A stretch of DNA of 64,000 nt from Sodaliphilus sp. (GTDB lineage: Bacteria; Fibrobacterota; Fibrobacteria; Fibrobacterales; Fibrobacteraceae). The stretch covers positions 371-64,370 of the forward strand of contig CAVKYI010000009.1 in assembly GCA_963660435.1 (NCBI GenBank). Reading direction: 5' to 3'. The notes under the pieces were generated by a model. It had not been told where the DNA came from. It ran no database searches and saw only the letters and a list, made by a program, of their open reading frames with translations. Position 1 is the first letter of the stretch, and each line of letters starts with the position of its first letter. The translations under genes and the position numbers were made by a program. Below are positions 9,511-18,869 of this stretch, piece after piece.

Positions 9511-10500
9511 TCAGGGCACTTCGACAGAATCCAGGATCTTTTGCACGACTGTTTCCGCGGAGACTTCTTCGGCTTCCGCTTCGTAGCTCAAGACGATACG
9601 ATGGCGGAGGACTTCCATGGCGCAGGCCTTGACATCTTCGGGCGTGACATAGCCGCGTTCCTCGATAAAGGCGTGGGCCTTTGCCGCCGAGGCAAGACCG
9701 ATCGATGCGCGCGGAGACGCCCCGACCGAGATGAATCCCGAAAGCTCGGATCGCTTGATGCTCGCCGGATCGCGCGTCGCAAGCACAAGGTTCACAATGT
9801 ATTCGCGGATGCGTTCATCGACATAGATTTCCTTCACTAGGCGGCGCGCCTTCAGAATGTCTTCCTTGTTCGCCACGGCACTCGGCATTTTGAGACCGTC
9901 ACCGCTCACCGCGTCGAGAATCTTCATCTCGTCTTCCTTTCCCGGATAGCCGACCTTGACCTTCAGGAGAAAGCGATCGACCTGCGCTTCCGGCAGCGGA
10001 TAGGTACCTTCCTGTTCGATCGGGTTCTGCGTCGCAAGAACGAGGAACGGTTCATCAAGCTTGTATGTCTCGTCACCGATCGTTATCTTCCGTTCCTGCA
10101 TCGCTTCGAGAAGCGCGCTTTGCACTTTCGACGGGGCACGGTTGATTTCGTCCGCAAGCACGAGGTTCGTAAAGAGAGGACCCTTGCGGGTTTCGAAGCG
10201 GGACTCTTTCGCATTGTAAATCGTCGTGCCGAGAAGATCCGCCGGGAGAAGGTCCGGCGTAAACTGGATGCGCTTGAAGTCGAGCGAGACCGCACTGGCA
10301 AAAGCCTGTACCGCGGTCGTCTTCGCAAGTCCCGGAAGCCCTTCCAAAAGGATATGACCGTCTGCCAGGATTCCGGTGAGAATGCTCTTCACCATATCCT
10401 TCTGGCCGATTACGGTTCCTTCCACTTCGCGCAAAAGATCTACGCAAAAGCGTCCCTGTTCCTTGATCTTGTCCGTCAGTTCTTGAACATTTGTCATCAT
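9511..10500 (-). CDS. moxR: MoxR-family AAA+ ATPase
   Basis: Walker A LEGLPGLAKT, Walker B LVLADEINRAPSKVQSALLEAMQE, typical MoxR length of 329 aa. Confidence 0.9.
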   Translation of the reverse strand: MMTNVQELTDKIKEQGRFCVDLLREVEGTVIGQKDMVKSILTGILADGHILLEGLPGLAKTTAVQAFASAVSLDFKRIQFTPDLLPADLLGTTIYNAKESRFETRKGPLFTNLVLADEINRAPSKVQSALLEAMQERKITIGDETYKLDEPFLVLATQNPIEQEGTYPLPEAQVDRFLLKVKVGYPGKEDEMKILDAVSGDGLKMPSAVANKEDILKARRLVKEIYVDERIREYIVNLVLATRDPASIKRSELSGFISVGASPRASIGLASAAKAHAFIEERGYVTPEDVKACAMEVLRHRIVLSYEAEAEEVSAETVVQKILDSVEVP

Positions 10501-10504
10501 GACC

Positions 10505-11326
10505 TCATTCGTCTTCTTCGATGTTTAAAAGCCTTGCGGCGAGCTTCCACGTTTCCTTGTTTTCAAACGCATCGCGCGCACCGCCGCCGTAACGGGCGTG
10601 GGCAAACGCTTCGAGCAACGCGTCCCAGCCTTCGAGCGAACCTTTCCGGGAAAGCTCTTCCAGATTGTCTTCGCCAAAGCGTTTCTTCGCCCATGATTTA
10701 CAAATTTTTTCAAGGTCGAGCAACCAAGTGCGACTATCCGCCTTCGAAACGCGACCTTTCAACAGGAGAAATTCTTTTTTCAGAGCATCGTCCTCGGCAC
10801 GCTTCGCGGATTTCCGCATCGCGGAACGCTTCTTTTCCTTAAGGACCAGGAACACGCCGATAGCGACAATCAAAATGGCGAGCAGCCCGAAGACCGTGAC
10901 GACCGCGACATGGGAAGGCGCATCGATGTGGAACGAAACGCTTTCGGACTGGAATTCAAACGGCCCGTTCGCCGTCGGAATCTCGAACAGCATCGCCGGA
11001 ATGGAAACGCTCCCCGTGTCGTCCGCCGTGAGCGTATAGATAAACCGGCTGTTCGAAACCGAGGCGTCGCCCCGCACGGAACGGGAATGTTCCTCGCGCA
11101 TCCCGATTTGCGTAATCCCCTTCGTATTCGCGGAACTCTTGGGAAGAATCAGGATGGCACTTTCCTTTTGGGGGGCCGCCCACGAAACGTTCACCTTGAA
11201 CTCGAACGTATCACCCTTGACAATCGTCGGGAGGGAATCCGTATGCACCGAGATTCCGATTTCCACGGGATTTGAAGCAGCATTCGAAGCGTCTTCCGGC
11301 AAAGTATTCAGGCTATCATTTTCCAT
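10505..11326 (-). CDS. BatD-like membrane protein; first gene of the Bat-like operon
   Basis: Same architecture as 7652..8620: beta-rich ectodomain (VKGDTFEFKVNVSWAAP...), TM VAVVTVFGLLAILIVAIGVFLVL, helical tail. ATG at 11326; the track start 11329 is TTG. Confidence 0.55.
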   Translation of the reverse strand: MENDSLNTLPEDASNAASNPVEIGISVHTDSLPTIVKGDTFEFKVNVSWAAPQKESAILILPKSSANTKGITQIGMREEHSRSVRGDASVSNSRFIYTLTADDTGSVSIPAMLFEIPTANGPFEFQSESVSFHIDAPSHVAVVTVFGLLAILIVAIGVFLVLKEKKRSAMRKSAKRAEDDALKKEFLLLKGRVSKADSRTWLLDLEKICKSWAKKRFGEDNLEELSRKGSLEGWDALLEAFAHARYGGGARDAFENKETWKLAARLLNIEEDE

Positions 11327-11531
11327 CAAAAAGAAAATAAAAAATGTTATTCTTCGAAAGCGTCATAAATCGTTCACGGGAAAGTAAAAAGTTGTCACAT
11401 GGTTTTAGAAGTGCAGACTGATAGTTTTTCGGAGAAGAGGGACGAGGGATGAGAGAATTTCTAAAAATCAGAAATAAAACGACAGATGTCAATTTGCAAA
11501 ATTTTTAAACCAAGTACTTAGAGTGGTGGTC

Positions 11532-12710
11532 TTAATTAGATAGTTTCATTTTTTGAATAGCATCTACTACAGCGATATCTCTATTTTTTCCAACCCCAAC
11601 AGCAGCCCCTTGCATATTGATTCCGCAACCCCTTATGGACAAATTCACATTATAAGAGTCTATTAACCTCGTAGAGTTTTTTATACTTGAATGAATTTCC
11701 ATACCAAGTCTAGAAGCTACAGAATCTTTAGACATTGAGAAACCATTTTTCACAAGCAACCGATTGATCTCCATACAAATTTGTTTAGGTTCAACACAGT
11801 CTAAATAGCAATGAAGTTCTTTTCTAGAATTTTTTTCTTTAGTCTCGTAAATAAACTCAACGCCACCTTCTAAACCCACTTTTTTTAACACCTTTTTTGG
11901 CATCTTAGGAATTACAACAATAGAATGTTTGCCAACAGAAAAATTCATATTTCGTAACGAGAAAACCACTTTTCCATTAACAGATTTTGCATTCCCGATA
12001 TTCTTGCCCTCTTGATAAACAGCCAATGGAAAATGGTCTAGTGGTCCCAGCGCATCGAAAACAAGAATATCTAAAACTACTTCGTTTTTTTCCGGGAAAC
12101 ATTGCAAATTGCCCTTTTCTAATCTAATTGCAGAAAGACCAAGCATCAATTTTTCGTTTAATTTATTCATATTTTGTATTAAAAGAAGCGAATCATTCAA
12201 TGGATAGACAGCGGAAAGCTGATTCAAGAATAAGTCATACTTTTCAATATTTGAATTGATTTCAGAAAGCAGAGTTATCGCATTCCCATAATCCCGCCTA
12301 CTCAGAGCTAAAGAAAAATTCTGTTCCTGCGTTTCGATATTTCTCTGAATTTTTTTCAATTGGAACCGAATATTCGCCGTCATTTCGTCTAAGTCCAATA
12401 AGGCTTGAGCACGAAAGAAACCGTTCTCTTTCGGAAGAGAGCTTACCTGTACCCACTTAAGGTCTATATTCGACCGAACCTTACTGGAAGTTGAATAATT
12501 TTCACTAAAGGCGGTGGACGTACCGAGAACAGATTCTTCTTGACGCAAATTTTCTTGAATCGCAACATTCACCGATATTTGCTTTGCGATTCCGGCAATA
12601 GCGGAATTATTTGCCTGTTCCTGCGATACATCGGAAGAAGCCTCATAAGAAATGAGTTTTGAAAAACAAGGAACTAGCAAACCAAGTAAAAGAACGACAA
12701 CAATGCGCAT
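11532..12710 (-). CDS. hypothetical secreted protein with an LPP20-like N-terminal region
   Basis: Signal peptide MRIVVVLLLGLLVPCFS. N-region AIAGIAKQISVNVAIQENL...FFRAQALLDLDEM resembles LPP20/FlgP-type lipoprotein domains. AT-rich, last gene of the island operon. Confidence 0.5.
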   Translation of the reverse strand: MRIVVVLLLGLLVPCFSKLISYEASSDVSQEQANNSAIAGIAKQISVNVAIQENLRQEESVLGTSTAFSENYSTSSKVRSNIDLKWVQVSSLPKENGFFRAQALLDLDEMTANIRFQLKKIQRNIETQEQNFSLALSRRDYGNAITLLSEINSNIEKYDLFLNQLSAVYPLNDSLLLIQNMNKLNEKLMLGLSAIRLEKGNLQCFPEKNEVVLDILVFDALGPLDHFPLAVYQEGKNIGNAKSVNGKVVFSLRNMNFSVGKHSIVVIPKMPKKVLKKVGLEGGVEFIYETKEKNSRKELHCYLDCVEPKQICMEINRLLVKNGFSMSKDSVASRLGMEIHSSIKNSTRLIDSYNVNLSIRGCGINMQGAAVGVGKNRDIAVVDAIQKMKLSN

Positions 12711-12712
12711 AA

Positions 12713-13705
12713 CTATTTTACTTCAACAAGAATCAGTTTTCTCGTAATCGATAGTTTTTTTACCTTTACTTTTTCTTTAAGATGTTTACGAATGTAGCTA
12801 TATATATCCTGACCATCCGCAAAAGATGTTGCATCGGCAAAAACAACCAAATCAATAGTCTTATCCGTAACAGAATTCATCTGGATTTGCTTAAAACTCG
12901 TTTTCATCAGCTTTTTAATGTCATCCTGTAAATCCTCCAATTCATCCTCGTCAAATTCACCCGTCATTTTCAAGAGGACTCTGTACCGATTGCCGTCACG
13001 ATAGTCTTTCGCCCAATAAGCCCTAATAATCTTTTCAAGGCCAGGCATCGCCTTTTTTGTCGCCTCCCGAATACTCCTTATTTGCTCACCTTTATCATGC
13101 CCCACATTACCTACCGAAGCACTTTGAGTCCCAAGCAAACGAGCCGTAGCTGTTTCATAAGCCGAAAGCTCCACAATGCTTTGGTTTAAGGCGAAATTAC
13201 CTGCAAACTTGATATAAATATCAGCTCCCATAGAAAGCCCGGCTAAATATGCAAGGTCATTTTCTATTTCAGAAATATCTTGCTGTATTTGCACTAAATC
13301 ATCAAATTCACTCTGCCCTTCCAAAGATTTCACCTCGTATTGTTGAGCCGTTAGATAATGGTTGATTTCATCCATAGCAGCTCGAGACAACGGATTTTTC
13401 TGAATAATTTCCAACTCTTTTACACCAGACACATTTTGTGCAGGCATAACTAAAATAACAGGACCGACATAGCCATTTTTTTGAAGCGATGGCACATTCT
13501 CCGACAGCTCGTTTTCCTGCAAAGAAACGGAGGATGTTTTTGAAGACGAAGAATCACCCGTAATCCCTTCAAAATAGGAATACGCTTTAGAGGCTTCTTT
13601 TCTTTGAGCATCGGGCGAGCGTCTTGATACAGAAGAATTTCCTGCACAACTGATTCCTAATAAAAACACGAAACAAAAGGTTACTAAACGACAAAAGTAA
13701 CTCAT
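12713..13705 (-). CDS. hypothetical lipoprotein
   Basis: Lipobox FLLGISC, Ser-rich linker, then a globular domain (GPVILVMPAQNVSG...). Ends 2 nt upstream of the next gene's start. Confidence 0.55.
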   Translation of the reverse strand: MSYFCRLVTFCFVFLLGISCAGNSSVSRRSPDAQRKEASKAYSYFEGITGDSSSSKTSSVSLQENELSENVPSLQKNGYVGPVILVMPAQNVSGVKELEIIQKNPLSRAAMDEINHYLTAQQYEVKSLEGQSEFDDLVQIQQDISEIENDLAYLAGLSMGADIYIKFAGNFALNQSIVELSAYETATARLLGTQSASVGNVGHDKGEQIRSIREATKKAMPGLEKIIRAYWAKDYRDGNRYRVLLKMTGEFDEDELEDLQDDIKKLMKTSFKQIQMNSVTDKTIDLVVFADATSFADGQDIYSYIRKHLKEKVKVKKLSITRKLILVEVK

Positions 13706-13720
13706 TTCTAGAACTCCACA

Positions 13721-14293
13721 TCATCTAACTTTCTTTGCAGCATCGTAAGCCGCAAAAGCAGCTTCTGCAGACTTGTATCCCTCTGCTGCGCGAGCACGTA
13801 CTTTTTCAGACTCGGCAGCCTTCAACTGAGCAGACATAAACTCATCAAAAATTTGCGGGTCGAGTGCCATAAGAACCGTTACCTTATACTTTCCATCGTT
13901 AGTGATTTCCGAAACCATCTTAATGGACGAGGCTCCACTGATTTTTTCCGATGCTAGTTGTTCATTAACTTGCATAGAATGAGAAATTTCCTCTTCCCCA
14001 GCCTCTTCATAGAACTGTTTAGAACGTTCCTGCGCTTTTGCCGTCAACGACTTGGCAATATCTGCACGAGCCATCATATCCGCCTTGCTGTAAGCCATCT
14101 GTTGCTTTGTAGCGACGCCTTCACCGATACCCGCCACAACATGCTTTTCAAGAAGCTTCGCTTTTTCAAGCATCATTTGATCCAACACAGTCGTAACCGT
14201 TTTGCTCCCATCTGGAGAACTTGCAGCGCAAGCGGTAATCAAAAAGACCACGAATGCTATGAGCATAAAAGAAAGATATTTCGTTTTAACCAT
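13721..14293 (-). CDS. LPP20-like lipoprotein
   Basis: Start moved to ATG 14293, which has an AAGGAG RBS. Lipobox FLITAC. Pattern GIGEGVATKQQMAYSKADMMARADIAKSL...KYKVTVLMALD resembles the LPP20 family. Confidence 0.55.
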   Translation of the reverse strand: MVKTKYLSFMLIAFVVFLITACAASSPDGSKTVTTVLDQMMLEKAKLLEKHVVAGIGEGVATKQQMAYSKADMMARADIAKSLTAKAQERSKQFYEEAGEEEISHSMQVNEQLASEKISGASSIKMVSEITNDGKYKVTVLMALDPQIFDEFMSAQLKAAESEKVRARAAEGYKSAEAAFAAYDAAKKVR

Positions 14294-14352
14294 GATTTTA
14301 ACTCCTTTTAAGAAAAACCATTTTGTTGAAAATAAAGTATTCGCGTGATGCT

Positions 14353-15783
14353 TCATTCTTCAACACATCTAACGGAAAAAGCCGCATTTTTAAGACCGCT
14401 TTTTATCTCATACGCGCCTTTTGTATCAACAGACAAATAATAAGCCCTTCCCCCTTGATATTCTGTAACACTCCACAGTCTAGTGGCATCATTCTCTTTT
14501 TTAAATGCACCATAATTGTCACGAAAGCCACTCAGTTTTAGATGAAACGGAATGTCTTCATTACTCATCAAATCACTCAGCGAAGAAAATGTCTGCTGAA
14601 GTTCACCCAGCTCAACAGTCGTCGGCAGCCGCCAATTTTTAGGGCAAGCATCTCGAGCATCCTTCCAAGTATAAAGCCGTCCAAATTCATTGCAATTATT
14701 GCGATTTCCGTAACAAAAGCTCTTTTGTGAAAAATAGTTCAAGTTTTCCGCCATCCATTTTTTTCCATTGACTAAAATTGTTCGATAATTTTGCCCATCT
14801 CTCTCATCGATTAAAGAACCAAACTTTCTTTCATAAGCGAGTTGTTTTCGAGCATTTTCTTTTGCAATCTGCAAATTTGCATCATATTTTGAATTAACAA
14901 CCCAACGTCCTGTCATTGCAGAACTTCCCATAAAACTCTTTTTCCCTGAAAACTCAACGGAGGTATTTGAATTTTCTAATGGGAAATACGCTTTTTTACG
15001 TAAAACATCCAACATCAAATAAGGACCGCCAAACGAATTTCCTTTTGTTGAAAAAATATCCTTTCCGCCTAGATAATAAGTCCCTCCTAATGCAGTTGAT
15101 TCGTCAAAAAGAAGTTCTTCCCCATCAAATTGAATTTGCACATCATTCAATCCTTTTCGAGCCATAGAATCATTTATGGATTGAACAGATGAAAGGAACA
15201 AGGGGGAAAAAGTCCGAGTTTTCGTTAAAATAACATCCCCACACTTTTGCAACCAAGAATCTCCTATTTTTACAATTAGATTTACTCTATCCATATCAAA
15301 CGTCAACACAAAATGATAAACAGCCTCAAATGAAGAACCATCCTTATTAAGCGGCTGCAAATCCGTTACACCTCCTCCAACTTTCACCAAAACTCCTTTT
15401 GGAATATAGAGGGATGATAATGCATCTACACATGCCGTTATTTGGGTCGCTTTATCTTTAACATCTTTTATTACTTGAAGCGAACCTATTCTGACTTCCC
15501 CGGAAACCTCCATAAATTTTGACTCAAAACGAGGCAACTCTTCCGCAAAAAATGTTTCGCATCTTTCATCAATAACATCCGTTAATGAGATGGAACCACA
15601 ACGATCATTCATTACTGCAATTTGATTCGCTTCATTCCAAAGCGAATCAATTGTCGGGTTTCCTTTGTAAACTTCTCTCAATTGTGAAATTTCTCTTTTC
15701 ATATTATCAAAAAGAGAAACATTCTCAGCAGCAACAGCTAGCGAGAAGCCTACAAAAAAGAAAGAGATAAAAGATTTCATCAA
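14353..15783 (-). CDS. secreted protein with a C-terminal Fibrobacter succinogenes major paralogous (FISUMP) domain
   Basis: Signal peptide. C-terminus DERDGQNYRTILVNGKKWMAENLNY...CYGN..NCNEFGRLYTWKDARDACPKNWRLPT...FSVRCVEE. Confidence 0.8.
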   Translation of the reverse strand: MMKSFISFFFVGFSLAVAAENVSLFDNMKREISQLREVYKGNPTIDSLWNEANQIAVMNDRCGSISLTDVIDERCETFFAEELPRFESKFMEVSGEVRIGSLQVIKDVKDKATQITACVDALSSLYIPKGVLVKVGGGVTDLQPLNKDGSSFEAVYHFVLTFDMDRVNLIVKIGDSWLQKCGDVILTKTRTFSPLFLSSVQSINDSMARKGLNDVQIQFDGEELLFDESTALGGTYYLGGKDIFSTKGNSFGGPYLMLDVLRKKAYFPLENSNTSVEFSGKKSFMGSSAMTGRWVVNSKYDANLQIAKENARKQLAYERKFGSLIDERDGQNYRTILVNGKKWMAENLNYFSQKSFCYGNRNNCNEFGRLYTWKDARDACPKNWRLPTTVELGELQQTFSSLSDLMSNEDIPFHLKLSGFRDNYGAFKKENDATRLWSVTEYQGGRAYYLSVDTKGAYEIKSGLKNAAFSVRCVEE

Positions 15784-15814
15784 AAGCCTTTAATGCAAAA
15801 GAACAAAGTTTTAG

Positions 15815-16360
15815 TTATTCTACTTCACAATAAGGAAGATCATCAGCTTCTATCGCAACCTTATTTTCAACAAAAAAATCCTCTAAAAAAGCATCGTCTT
15901 TTTCCGTTTTAATACTGCCATCTCTAAAAGACAAAACGATCTTGCAAAATCCAGAAACAGGCACCTTGACCGCAACACGCTCAGAAGGAACAAGTTGTTC
16001 AATTCTCCATACTGGTTCATCATAACAAGCATCTTTGCTGCATTTTGTATTATATCGAGCAATACACTTATACTCATATTTGTGAAGTTTTAGCGTACCC
16101 GGATCTGTTTGCGACGCAAAAAAAACATCGCCGATTTCATCGCTAGTTCCAAGATATGTTGTTTTTGTTCCTAGCTTAAGAGTCCCTGGATACACTTTTT
16201 TTTCCGCTGCCCATCTACACGCACCCGCCGGCGATCTCACAACACCAACGACACCTGTTTTATTTTGGAAGAATTCAGGTTTTTGCCACCCATCCATAAA
16301 GAAAGCGCACGCAACCAAAAGTACTGTTGAAAAGAGAATCAGAATCAACCTTTTTTTCAT
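15815..16360 (-). CDS. hypothetical lipoprotein
   Basis: Lipobox LLVACAF. Internal repeat YPGTLKLGTKTTY / DPGTLKLHKYEY. Several Cys residues. Confidence 0.55.
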   Translation of the reverse strand: MKKRLILILFSTVLLVACAFFMDGWQKPEFFQNKTGVVGVVRSPAGACRWAAEKKVYPGTLKLGTKTTYLGTSDEIGDVFFASQTDPGTLKLHKYEYKCIARYNTKCSKDACYDEPVWRIEQLVPSERVAVKVPVSGFCKIVLSFRDGSIKTEKDDAFLEDFFVENKVAIEADDLPYCEVE

Positions 16361-16387
16361 TTTTTACTCCTTGAATTATTAGCCAAA

Positions 16388-16942
16388 TTAATCCGCGATC
16401 CGTTTCCAAACACAGTGCGGATAAGTGATTAAAGGCTTTGAGAAACCCATTGTCGGGTTGTAGGGAAACGAAGCGCTATCGGCTTTATAAGCATTTGTAT
16501 TGTTATAAGAAAGGGATGTCGCTCGATCTAGTTCATACAACCCCAAGAAAACATAACCCGAAAATTCTTTAAATTGTCCAATGATCAGCCGTTTTACAGA
16601 TTCATATTTAATAACACGGGAAGGATGATCTTTTTCCGAAAAAAAAGATTCCTTGGGATTCCGAATTTCATGAACGATGGATGTGTCGGGCGAAATAATC
16701 CATTGGTTATCATTCCAGTTAATTTGGGTTTTCGCCTTGCTAATTCCTTCGAATTCATTCCATGGGATGGATTCTTTTGATAAAAAATTCTCGTTATAAA
16801 ATACATGCTTGGCACAACAAACATCGGGATGTTGGGGTAAATGAGGAATAAAGGCTCCATATAGAGGAAATTTTACGCCCCAGTAGTATTGCATTGCGTT
16901 TTGCAGCTGCTTGAATGAAGTAAATCTATCGCCAACTTTCAT
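16388..16942 (-). CDS. hypothetical cytoplasmic protein; first gene of the AT-rich operon
   Basis: 184 aa, no signal peptide, no domain I can name. The only long ORF in this stretch. Confidence 0.5.
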   Translation of the reverse strand: MKVGDRFTSFKQLQNAMQYYWGVKFPLYGAFIPHLPQHPDVCCAKHVFYNENFLSKESIPWNEFEGISKAKTQINWNDNQWIISPDTSIVHEIRNPKESFFSEKDHPSRVIKYESVKRLIIGQFKEFSGYVFLGLYELDRATSLSYNNTNAYKADSASFPYNPTMGFSKPLITYPHCVWKRIAD

Positions 16943-16947
16943 ATTGA

Positions 16948-16992
16948 ACTTCCTTTTCGTTTTATAATGTAAAAAAAAAAACAGATTGTCAA
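16948..16992 (-). promoter_or_regulatory. putative sigma70-type promoter of the AT-rich operon
   Basis: Minus strand reads TTGACA (16992-16987), a 17-nt spacer (ATCTG + T11 + A), then CATTAT, about 20 nt upstream of ATG 16942. Confidence 0.35.
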
Positions 16993-17158
16993 GATATTTT
17001 AAAAACTTTCTTTGCTTTACCTAATGCACCTGATATGGCTAAATTTCGTAAAATAAGCAGGAATTAAACTAAAACATATATAGCTCCAGAAAAGCAATCG
17101 AATCCAAACGAAAAACAAATCGCATAACTTGCCGTCGTCAAATATTAACCCGGCAACT

Positions 17159-17340
17159 GTCATTGTCGGGTTTGCCCCGATAATCAGGATTCCCTTGTCA
17201 AGCAAGGGAATGACATCGTACCGTGTTCCGCTTCGCTCTTACTATATCCCATAATTAATCCCTAATTTCTCTTAACTCCTAACTATTAACTATACACTAA
17301 GCTCTAAGTTCTGATTCCCACTTCCCATCTAACAACTGAT
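17159..17340. repeat. intergenic hairpin/mosaic repeat modules
   Basis: gtcattgtcggg-tttg-ccccgataat and attcccttg-tcaagc-caagggaatgac hairpins (17159-17214). CTAAGCTCTAAGTTCTGA module at about 17297-17314. The same modules occur at 26.2-26.8, 33.8-34.2, 37.1-37.6, 48.3-48.5 and 56.2-56.7 kb. Confidence 0.7.
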
Positions 17341-17374
17341 TCCTGAGTCCTGCTTTCCTAATTTTCCCCAACTA

Positions 17375-17405
17375 TAAAAAAGCCCCGAACCTAAAAGTCC
17401 AGGGC
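17375..17405 (-). terminator. putative intrinsic terminator of cysS
   Basis: Minus strand GCCCTGGAC-TTTTAG-GTTCGGGGC (9-bp stem including 2 G-U pairs) followed by TTTTTTAT, 29 nt after the cysS stop. Confidence 0.45.
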
Positions 17406-17433
17406 TTTGTCAAAATTTTGAACTTGCGAAAAT

Positions 17434-18849
17434 TTACTTGCGGCTCCAGGTCGTTCCCTGCGGACCGTCCTTGATTTCGACGCCTTTTTCCTTGAGCAGA
17501 TCGCGGATGCGGTCGCTTTCCGCCCAGTTCTTCGCCTTGCGGGCTTCGGAACGCTTTGCGACAAGCGCTTCGATTTCCGCCGAGTCGTCCGCGACATTCG
17601 GGTCCTGCTTTTTCGCAAATTCCTTGCGCGGTTCGTCGAGCTTTAGTCCCAGCACCCGATCGAAATCCAGAACCAGCGCGGCCTTTTCGCCTTCGGAAAG
17701 ATCCGTCTTGAGAACGCTGTTCAGAATGCCGAGCGCGCGCGGCATGTTCAAATCGTCGCCGATCGCGTTCTTGAATTCCTCGTGCCACTTCTTCGCCGCA
17801 TCCGTTTCGATAGCCGTCGCCTTTCCGATCAGCGGGTCCGTTTTCCTGTGCAGGCTCTTGAGAGCTTCCCGTGCGCTGTTGAGCGATTCGAAGCTGAAGT
17901 TCAGATAGTTCCGATAATGGCTCGTGAGCGCGAACAGGCGATAGTCCAGCGGATTGTAGCCTTTGTCCTTCAGCACATCGACCGTCAGGAATTCACCGGA
18001 ACTCTTGCTCATCTTGGCTCCGTCGAGCCGCAAGAATTCACCGTGCATCCAGAACCGGCTGAAAGGCTTTCCCGTTGCGCATTCGCTCTGGGCGATTTCG
18101 TTTGTGTGGTGGACGCGGATATGGTCCGTTCCGCCGCAGTGGATGTCGAGAGTCGGACCGTTATACTTCATCGCCATCGCGGAGCATTCGATGTGCCAGC
18201 CGGGAAATCCCACACCCCACGGGCTGTCCCATTCCATCAGGCGGTGCTTGTCCTTGGGGCTGAACTTCCAAAGCGCAAAATCCGTCGGAGCGCGCTTTTC
18301 GCCCATATCGATTCGGGAGCCCTGGCGCAAGTTTTCCACGTCCAGACGGGCGAAATCCGCATAGCGCGGGAACTTGAGGCTATCGAAATAGATACCGTCG
18401 GACGTCCGATACGTGAATCCCTTTTCTTCGAGGACCTTTACCAGGTCGATCTGTTCCTGGATGTGATCCGTCGCGCGAACCCATTTCGTCGGTTCCTGGA
18501 TGTTCAGTGCGTGCCAATCCCGGAAGAAAGCGTCCATGTAGAACTTCGCAATATCCCACACGGATTTTCCTTCGCGGAGAGCGCCTTTTTCCATCTTGTC
18601 GTCGCCGGTATCGCCGTCGCTCGTGAGATGCCCGACATCGGTGATGTTCACGATGTGGTTTAACTTGTACCCATAGTATTCCAGCGTCCGGCAGAGCGTA
18701 TCTTCAAAAATATACGTGCGCAGGTTTCCGATGTGCGCATAGTGATAGACGGTCGGTCCGCAGCAATACATCTTGACCGTATCGTTTCCGGGGAGAAGAG
18801 CGAACGGTTCCTTCTTGCGGGTTGCCGTATTGTAAAATGCAAGAGCCAT
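17434..18849 (-). CDS. cysS: cysteine--tRNA ligase
   Basis: HIGH motif (HIGNLRTY), KMSKS (GAKMSKSSGEF), CGPTVY at the N-terminus. 471 aa. Confidence 0.95.
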   Translation of the reverse strand: MALAFYNTATRKKEPFALLPGNDTVKMYCCGPTVYHYAHIGNLRTYIFEDTLCRTLEYYGYKLNHIVNITDVGHLTSDGDTGDDKMEKGALREGKSVWDIAKFYMDAFFRDWHALNIQEPTKWVRATDHIQEQIDLVKVLEEKGFTYRTSDGIYFDSLKFPRYADFARLDVENLRQGSRIDMGEKRAPTDFALWKFSPKDKHRLMEWDSPWGVGFPGWHIECSAMAMKYNGPTLDIHCGGTDHIRVHHTNEIAQSECATGKPFSRFWMHGEFLRLDGAKMSKSSGEFLTVDVLKDKGYNPLDYRLFALTSHYRNYLNFSFESLNSAREALKSLHRKTDPLIGKATAIETDAAKKWHEEFKNAIGDDLNMPRALGILNSVLKTDLSEGEKAALVLDFDRVLGLKLDEPRKEFAKKQDPNVADDSAEIEALVAKRSEARKAKNWAESDRIRDLLKEKGVEIKDGPQGTTWSRK

Positions 18850-18869
18850 ATTTCCTTCCGGTTAAAAAG

